Shown: positions 50,225-58,630 of the stretch, in pieces
Layout: each line of letters begins with the position of its first letter
Position numbering within the stretch: the first letter of the stretch is position 1
Assembly (NCBI RefSeq): GCF_001194135.2
Contig: NC_068981.1
Coordinates: forward strand, 90,321,236-90,379,865
Origin: Octopus bimaculoides
Lineage: Eukaryota
Direction of reading: 5' to 3'
DNA: 58,630 nucleotides
The notes under the pieces: generated by a model
The model's input: the letters and a program-made list of their open reading frames with translations, nothing else
What the model was told of the DNA's origin: nothing
Databases searched by the model: none
Made by a program: the position numbers and the translations under genes

Positions 50225-50865
50225 CTCGTCCTATTTGTAACATTAAGGCTGGATATAGTATTGATCTCAGGAGCATCCAGGCAAGTGGTTCTGTTAGAAG
50301 TCACCGTTCCCTAAGGGGACTGTATCGAGGAGGACAATGAGAGTAAGAAAAAGAAGTATGCTGAGCTGGTGGAGCTATGCCAAAGCAATGAGTATAGGCC
50401 CGACGCCAGATTTGGTGCTGCAGAATATTCTGGGTGGGCACTAATTTGCGAGGAGACTTTTGTAAATTGCATTTTCTAAATCTGAGGGTGCACCATTGAA
50501 TTGTGAGGGGGGAAATGTACCACCCAGTGCACCTCATTAGCGACAAGCATTAATGGGTGACAGGCAAGGTATGATCACATCGGGGTGAGATACAAAGGGC
50601 TTGCGGGCCAGTTCATCTGTAGAGCTTGCTCCAGCAAAGCCGAAGGCCATCTGGTTGGCTGAGGAGGTTGCAAAGGTTGCCTCTAATGTGGAGGTGGATC
50701 AGGAGGTGCGATCACTGGAAGGAGCAGTGTTACCAGAGGCAGCGGTAACTGGACCCAAGCTGGGGTTTTATCAGTCCCGGCTGGGTCATCTAGGTGAGGG
50801 TGTCTGGTTTTAAAAGACCCGAAATATCTGACTCCTCGAAACATCACTGATGATGTGTACAGGTG
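50225..50865 (+). mobile_element. HERO/NeSL-like non-LTR element 3' end (restriction-like endonuclease domain)
   Basis: LRLDIVL...LLEVTVP*...KYAELVELCQ...GLAGQFICRA, and a 3' UTR ending CATCACTGATGATGTGT. Interrupted at about 50410-50590. Confidence 0.7.
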
Positions 50866-51347
50866 CATCACAGGATAGAACGCACCTGTTCCTGTTATTG
50901 TACCCGTCTTAATGATTCTGTTAGTATTCGTCTTTCATGTTAGCTCGTTTTTATCCCAGGAGTTTTTGTTCATGACACCTCTAAACTGAAGAACATTATC
51001 ATGGGTGTTGAAATTCTAGAGTTATTTGGTCGATTCCTGAAGAGGGGTTTGAACTAGTTTGCGTCTATTATGAGTGTATGTTTCCTATTATTGTGTATGT
51101 CTCCCTGTGTCAGATTTTGTAATTAATTAATTAACTTCCGTGGTCTCCATTTCGTGCATCATTTCTCTCTTCTTGTCTATCTATATATGTACCCATCTGT
51201 TCATCCTTCTTTCGGTCTTTCTCTTCTTTCTTATATTCGCCTTTCCATCTCTCTTTCAGTCCACCTATTGATTTAACTATCTCTCTACCTTCATGTTTCA
51301 TTTCTTTTTCTATGTCTTCCCTTCATTTTAACATTTTATCTTTATCG

Positions 51348-51570
51348 AAGGCGGCAAACTGGCAGAATCATTTGCTCGCCGGACACAATGCTTAGCGACA
51401 TTTCATCCGTCTTTACGTTCTGAGTTCAAATTCCATCGAGTAAGACTTTGCCTTTCATCCTTTAGGAGTCAAAAAAAAAATAAAGTAACAGTTGATTATT
51501 GGAGTTGAGGAAATCGACTTAACCCCTCCACTGAAATTGCTGGCCTTGTGCCAAAAGTTGAAACCAATAT
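51348..51570 (+). mobile_element. SINE-like family D (about 220 bp)
   Basis: GAAGGCGGC...CTGGCAGAATC...TTCTGAGTTCAAATTCC...GACTTTGCCTTTCATCC. Other copies at about 185-400, 16800-16955, 33520-33690, 41460-41675, 44715-45075, 52160-52370. Confidence 0.75.
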
Positions 51571-51878
51571 TTTATCACAATCTACTTATCTACCCTTATT
51601 TTCCTACAGCCCTTTCGCCCACTTCTCGGTCTTTCTCTCAATTAACTAGTTCCTTTTCTTTCTCACCCCTCCCATAAGCCACTATGTGATCTTCCTGTTT
51701 TTCTATGCGACCCACCCTTTTGACATTCACAGCTGTCGTGGTCAGCTATTGTTCTTGTAGCTCAGGATTTGTCTGCGATTTTAATTAACTTCAACTCCAC
51801 AATTAGGCCTCCTTTTAAAATATTGTTTTAAAGGACTCCTTTCTTTCTCAAAACTTGATCTCCTTATCTATCTATCTA

Positions 51879-51917
<39 letters not shown>

Positions 51918-52596
51918 TCCCTTGCTAAGCCCGAAATAGTCACCTCTTTCCCATTAGCGTTAGTTCACACAAACACGGCTTAATTTTCTTCTTTGTCGCA
52001 AGACATTCTTCGTTTACGTATTTTTCACTTTCTGTCATTGCTTATTCGTTTCGCCGTTATGTTTTTCCTGTTCTTGCAACTCGTCCTTGTTTACCTTCTA
52101 GTCCAAAGACTTCTTCTGGTCTTGTTATTGTGCCTGTCTCATTATTTCTGTTTGCTTAGGCAGGCCAGCTGACAGAGTCGTCAACACGCTGGATGAAATG
52201 CATAGCGGTATTTCGCCCGTCGCTACGTTCTGAGTTCAAATTCCGCCGAGGTCGACTTTGCCTTTCATCCTTTCGAGGTCGATTAAATTATGTACCATTC
52301 AAATTCTGGGGTCGATGTGATCGGCTAGTCCACTCCCCCAAAGCTTCGGGCCTTGTGCCTATAATAGAGAAGATTATTCCTGTTTGTAAGCGTCTTTCAT
52401 GTCAGCTTGTTTCTATCCCGGCAGGTTTTGTTCCTAACCTGCCAAACTGAAGAATTTTATCCTAAGTGTCGAATACTGGTGATGTTTGGCTGATAACTGA
52501 CGAGAAGTTTGAGCTTGTCCGCATCAATATGTGTGAATACCTATTATTCTGTACGCCCCCTCCCCGTACCACACTTATTTTACATGTGCGTGTACA

Positions 52597-52627
<31 letters not shown>

Positions 52628-54002
52628 GTGTTAGGCTTTATAGGTTAACACATATTAAACTTTCCATATTGTTTTTTTTTTTTTGTTCATTTTCACGTGG
52701 ATTCTAGAAACGTAGAAAAACAAATATGATGAATTTTCACTAATCCTTAATATTTTCTAAAATCGACGGTCAGATGTCACACAAGGATAAGAAAACAATC
52801 ACAAGAAAATATACAGAAAAGTATATCTGAAGATTAATATAGACAGGGAGTAATGATCGAGAACAGGACGAAACAAGTTTCAAGATAACTCGCTCAGAAG
52901 AGCAACGAGTTGGCATGCATCACAGAACACAAAACAATTTTACTATAATGGGCGTTATGTCAGTCCGTCTGTCCGTCTCTTTGTTCCCTCAGGTAATTTG
53001 TGAACTTTGAATGTATAAGAGTATAAACAAGCGTTAAATAGTGTAAACAACTAAAATAAAAGTATATCTAAATAACATATTTTCTTAATACTTTTTATGT
53101 AGTGGTCGAAGGGAGCTTTGGCTTTCATTAGGAGTGGTCCACATAATCATTCATGATACAGAGGCTGAGAGCCTATTTCAATTCGGGAGTGAATCGCCAT
53201 CACATGTCACTTAGTCGCAAACACGTGTCATATAGCTGCAATAGAATGCTGCATCACCAACAATAATGTGATTTCTCTAAGAAATCGCATTATATATCTA
53301 TCAAGCCCATTTACACGTTTCTATCACATTATATCTATCACATTATATATCTATCAAGTCCATTTACACATTTCTCAATACATACTGCTGTTATAACTTC
53401 CCTTTCTCACTTTATGTCTCCATCGTAGATGGGTAGATTTGCTAGTATTTAATAATTCTGAGTTAAGTCACTGCTGGATCATTTTTTTAAGGTGAATCCA
53501 TCTTTTGTAGGAAATAAGCATACACACACATACACGCGCGCGCACACAATGGTCGTAATGTATCCGGCTGTAGTTCTCTTTCCACGTGAACACTTGCTTT
53601 GTGTCAAGTGAAAAGCTTATGCGTGATATTCTCCTAAAACATTTATCTCCAGTAATATTGATTTGTTACTAAGTTACGAAGCAACCTGTTTTCATCTCTA
53701 TAATATTTAATAAGAAGAATGAAGATTATGCTACAATGTTTATGCTTCTTTCTTGAATATTTGTAAAATAGCTGAAGAGAAACTGGCTTCAACCGGTGAT
53801 TGAAACTAACTCATAGCCGCTGCTAACCAGGATCTTGGCATTTTCAACATTGCTCGCCGCTTCTTTGGTTAGATGAATGCAAACTGTTTATATGATGAGA
53901 CGGAAAGTAATTTCCTGTCATAATGTATTAATCTAAAATGAAATTAAAATCTAAGATTGATAATGAATTTCAAAGTATAATATCAAAAATGTGATGCAGC
54001 AT

Positions 54003-54631
54003 AGGCGCAAGTTTAGCAGCATAGTTAAGAAGTTTGCTTCGCGACCGTACTACCGGATTCGATATCATTATACCGTATCGGGGAAAAGTGTGTTTTGTAG
54101 CTTTGGGTCGGTCAGTATATTGTGAGATAAATTTAATTGACAGAAACTGTGCAGAAGCCCATCACACACACACACACACACATATATATCACATATTGTT
54201 GACATCATAAGAATTTATAAACAGGCAGCCCAATATCTGCATACTTTATTTATAGTGTTATATGCTGTTTCCAAATCGATTTACAAATACAATATCTCTA
54301 CATTCACTCTCTATTTCCTATCTTAACTAAACTAACTATTGTTTAATCATCCTCTCACACCGTCTCCGATGAAGGGATATAATAAATATACTGGAAACAG
54401 CTGTAAGACATTCTATTTACAAATGCTCTATATTATACACAGCCGTGGTCTTTTATCTCATTACGAAAAGTAAATCCTTATATTCACAGGCTGATATATG
54501 ACTTACGTTGGACCCCTTATTCGCATAACCACCGAACCTGGAGCTCAGCAGTGGTCTATCCATAGCACTTACTCAGCATTACCTGAAACCTCTGGGTCTA
54601 ATTGACACCACTATCGCTCATAACCTATGAG

Positions 54632-54678
<47 letters not shown>

Positions 54679-55250
54679 GGTTAGCTGAGTTAGAGATTAA
54701 AATAACCGTCTAAGGGATTGAAGCAGCCATTACACTACCGGTATATTACCTATGTTTAATCATGGGGATACGTATGCAAGCATATTATGCTCATAAATTA
54801 TAGGTAACGACAAGGATAAACATGAGTTTATCAAGAATCAAAATTTAAAGAAAACAGAAAATGGAGAAATATTGATGAACAACAATTGACTTACATCAAT
54901 TATTATTTATTAATTCAATACAAATAGACTGCAGTCTATTGAATTAATAAATAATAATCGATGTAAGTCAATTGTGGTTCATCAATATTTCTCCATTTTC
55001 TGTTTTCTTTATATATATATGTATTTATTTATTTGTGTGTGTGTTTGTGTGTGTGTGTGTGTCATATCATCGCTTAACAATCAATGTTGATGTGTTTACG
55101 TCCCCGTAACATAGCGGTTCGACAAAAGAGACCGACAGAATTAGTACTAGGCTTACAAAAAATAAGTCCTTGGGTCGATTTCTTCGACTAAAGCTCTTTA
55201 GGGCAGTGGTCCAGCATGGCTGCCATCAAATGACTGAAATAAGTAAAAGA
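54003..55250 (+). mobile_element. SINE family B split at its internal microsatellite by about 830 bp of inserted sequence
   Basis: Head and core 54003-54180, 3' half 55015-55250. Confidence 0.55.
54846..55011. repeat. Loop-less palindrome of about 166 bp centred on CTGCAG (foldback MITE-like)
   Basis: Arms nearly perfectly complementary, with a 6-nt bulge on the left arm and TA-flanked ends. Confidence 0.9.
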
Positions 55251-55761
55251 ACACACACACACGCACACGCACACACACACACACACACACATATAATCAT
55301 TTAATGTACACAGTATAAAGATACGAGCTACTAACAGTTTCTTGCTTTGGAGACGCGTGTCTAGGCAAGTTTTTATAACGCGCCTTGTGTCTCAAAGCAA
55401 CCTTAATACTCTGAACACATTGGCAAATCAGGAAGTTAGTACAAGAGAAATCACGAGAAAAAACGAGAAGAAGGTTCATGGTAAAGACACAATATATGTT
55501 GTAAGAACCTACCTAGACCCGCGTCTCCAAACCAAGAAAGTATTAGTAGCTCGTACCTTTATACTCCTGACATTAAATGATATTTATCTCTCACTGGATG
55601 AAGTACGTTTTCTGTTGATTTTACCTTAACGGAACAGTAAGATATATGGGAGTTATATTATGGTAGTGGAATAGTGTTTTAACTGCTATTTCTAAATTTC
55701 GGTATATGGTGAAGCAATTTTTGCTGAACTCTAATTATAATTATGCTTATAATTATAAATA

Positions 55762-55805
<44 letters not shown>

Positions 55806-55960
55806 NNNNNNNNNNNNNNNNNNNNNNNNNNNNNNNNNNNNNNNNNNNNNNNNNNNNNNNNNNNNNNNNNNNNNNNNNNNNNNNNNNNNNNNNNNNNNNN
55901 NNNNNNNNNNNNNNNNNNNNNNNNNNNNNNNNNNNNNNNNNNNNNNNNTTATGCTCATAA

Positions 55961-56082
<122 letters not shown>

Positions 56083-56339
56083 TTTCTTTATTAACTACAG
56101 AGGTTTACATTACGAAAAACATTATGGACAGTACAAGACAAGGCAAAGAATGTGTGTGTGTGTGTATGTATGTATGTGAGTGTGTGTTGTTGTGAAGGTC
56201 TTGCATGTAAACAAGACTAACAAAATTATTTTTAAGAAAGAAAGAAATCAACAATGTATAATCCTCAATAGGGAAGAAACGTTCGATGGCTGCTCATGGA
56301 AAAACCCCATAAAAAAAACAAGGGTACCCTGACTTTTGG

Positions 56340-56830
56340 CGCCTTTTTTTCTTTCCTTTTTTCCAACTACAGACGTATGCTCAGGGCAGGTCCGTTCACT
56401 CGCATCATTCTCACCACTTTCATCCACCTTTCAGCAAACTGGCTAGAAGACAACACTTCCCTATCTACCTTATTTAACTTTTCAAGTGAAATTTGAAGAA
56501 GTTGATCAGGGATTGGCTGAAGAGAAAAGCGTTTGTCTTCAGCTCCTTCAATTTCGTCTACCATACAACCTCTTTCGCCATGGCCACCAGGCATATAAAC
56601 ACAGCCTTTCCTTCCCGGTTAAAGGAAGGCGGCGGGGCGATCTTCACGATGGATTCAGTTGATAGCCGGATCCGTCCCACACGCGACAGCAGGTGTTCAA
56701 CATAAACCCATAGGTCAGCAATGCTCGGGTACTGGACTAGTGCATGCAGAACCGTCTCGTTGTTCTGTGCACATCTCGGACATGCTCAGTTGACGGCACT
56801 TCCGTGCCTGCAAAGTTTATCTCGAACAGG
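56340..56830 (-). mobile_element. Tx1/L1-clade LINE ORF2 3' fragment
   Basis: PVRDKLCRHGS...CPRCAQNNETVLHALVQ(Y)P zinc knuckle, then GKAVFICLVAMAKEVVW...RWMKVVRMMRVNG. Confidence 0.75.
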
Positions 56831-56898
56831 CAAAGCTCCCTGTTCGAGATAAACTTTACAGGCATGGAAGTGCCGTCAGCTGAGGACCGAGATGCGCG
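56769..56898. repeat. Long hairpin: 46-bp stem (3 mismatches), 8-nt loop, extra basal stem
   Basis: Arms 56785-56830 and 56839-56884. Confidence 0.92.
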
Positions 56899-58051
56899 TA
56901 GATAATAATGATAATAGTAATAATCGTCACAGTTAAACTAACTGAAACATGTAGAGATAGCATTCTCTTATGGACGTGTTGAGCTTATGAAACAGCACAT
57001 ACATAAAGATGTCATCTCTGGACAGATACCGCAATAACTGGCCTATCAGCACTGTATATACACAAAAGTACGATACACAGAGGACTACATTTTACAAATA
57101 TCTGTAGCGAAAACGTTTGAACAAAAAGAAATTTTTAGTAAATTGATACGACGGTGTGGAGAAAAGTTCCTGGAGTTAAGGATATCACAAAAGGCCTGGT
57201 TAAAGGCCCAGGCTTCCGAGTTCTTTTACAAGGTTTAGAAAAACTAAAAGACCGCTGCAATAAGTGTGTGAATCTCAGCGGGGAATATGTTGACTAAAAT
57301 CATAATGAACTGATCGTCTTGTATTTCCTTTTACCCAGAGTCAGGAACTTTTCAGCAACCCCTCGTACGGCTACGATTTGAAATCAAGTCACTTCACTCA
57401 TTTCTATCTTGAGGAAAGACATGGCTGCCAAAATATACTGTTTTCCTTACTTCAGAAAGACATCCAGTGTTTTAAAAATATCTGTTGACCGAGAAAAGCA
57501 GCAATCTGAGACGCAGGTTTATATTAGTAATTCTACAGAGTTTCAGATGATCAAAACCTCGCTGTACCATTAAAATAGTTACCCATCATGCCAAGCGTTG
57601 TAAACTATGAGAGTGATATTTAATGAAAGCGCGATCCAATTTCAGTTCAAAACTAGAGCTATTATATTTCACTTGCGTCAATGTCCTTGTAATGTAGTCA
57701 AATGTATTTTATATCATTAACGGTAACAATTACCTATAAGTTTTGTCTAGCTTGTTCCACTATAATGTCTGTTGGATATATTTCACATATATCTTATTTA
57801 CATATACCTACATAAATACATACATACAANNNNNNNNNNNNNNNNNNNNNNNNNNNNNNNNNNNNNNNNNNNNNNNNNNNNNNNNNNNNNNNNNNNNNNN
57901 NNNNNNNNNNNNNNNNNNNNNNNNNNNNNNNNNNNNNNNNNNNNNNNNNNNNNNNNNNNNNNNNNNNNNNNNNNNNNNNNNNNNNNNNNNNNNNNNNNNN
58001 NNNNNNNNNNNNNNNNNNNNNNNNNNNNNNNNNNNNNNNNNNNNNNNNNNN

Positions 58052-58131
<80 letters not shown>

Positions 58132-58449
58132 AAAGTATAGATATGAAGGAAGCCTCCAGTATAGAATATTTAAAATCTAAATTGAATGGGTAGAGACACG
58201 TCATAATAGCAATCACTAATAAAATATGGTACAGGAATCATCGCGTGGAGAAAAGAGGAAGAATATCAACACAAAGATGAGGAAGTAGATCCCAATGCAC
58301 AGATAAACATACGCTCCACTAATCAGATGTAGACCGTTCAGACAGAGGGGGGAGACAGAGCCAGACACAGACAGACAGACAGACAGACACAGACACAGAC
58401 AGAGACAGACAGACAGACAGACAGAGACAGAGACACAGAGAGAGGGAAG

Positions 58450-58520
<71 letters not shown>
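58052..58520. repeat. Compound microsatellites (GA)n, (GACA)n, (GAAA)n
   Basis: Direct inspection. Confidence 0.95.
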
Positions 58521-58630
58521 AGGGGCAGAGAGAGAGGAACAGAAAAAAGATGGGAGTGTTGAAGAGATTATATAGAATCACAGAAAATAAATGTAGGATT
58601 CTTTCCAGAGGAGAAGAGAAGTTCTTCTTT

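Noticed and set aside
50880-52560. Two related diverged segments (about 50880-51110 and about 52380-52560), possibly Penelope-like
   Set aside because: Similarity is visible, but I could not recover a diagnostic RT or GIY-YIG motif, so no family call is made.

Overview
AT-rich, repeat-dense eukaryotic scaffold with eight N-gaps. The tRNA-derived SINE families and microsatellites suggest an octopus genome (inference from repeat content, not a database result). The only clearly intact gene is a minus-strand, multi-exon amino-acid transporter (Aa_trans / SLC36-SLC38-AVT-like). Five exons are solid, splice-phase consistent and contiguous in frame: 29426-29318, 16217-15404, 6734-6643, 3553-3274 and 1665-1571. 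Two short 5' exons are candidates: 47667-47638 and 35864-35809. The last transmembrane helices are absent and probably lie left of the window. A perfect CLEAR palindrome (GTCACGTGAC, 48613-48622) lies about 950 bp upstream of the candidate start. The introns hold many SINEs, TTAA piggyBac-type MITEs, a decayed DD37D Tc1/mariner, a Merlin-like MITE, LINE fragments (CR1, RTE, Dong/R4-like), a 28S rRNA fragment and what looks like a decayed, spliced antisense gene (about 32.8-39.7 kb). HERO-like and Tx1 LINE fragments and two long hairpins lie upstream of the gene. Repeat family assignments are by eye, and repeat boundaries are approximate unless a TSD or TIR is quoted.
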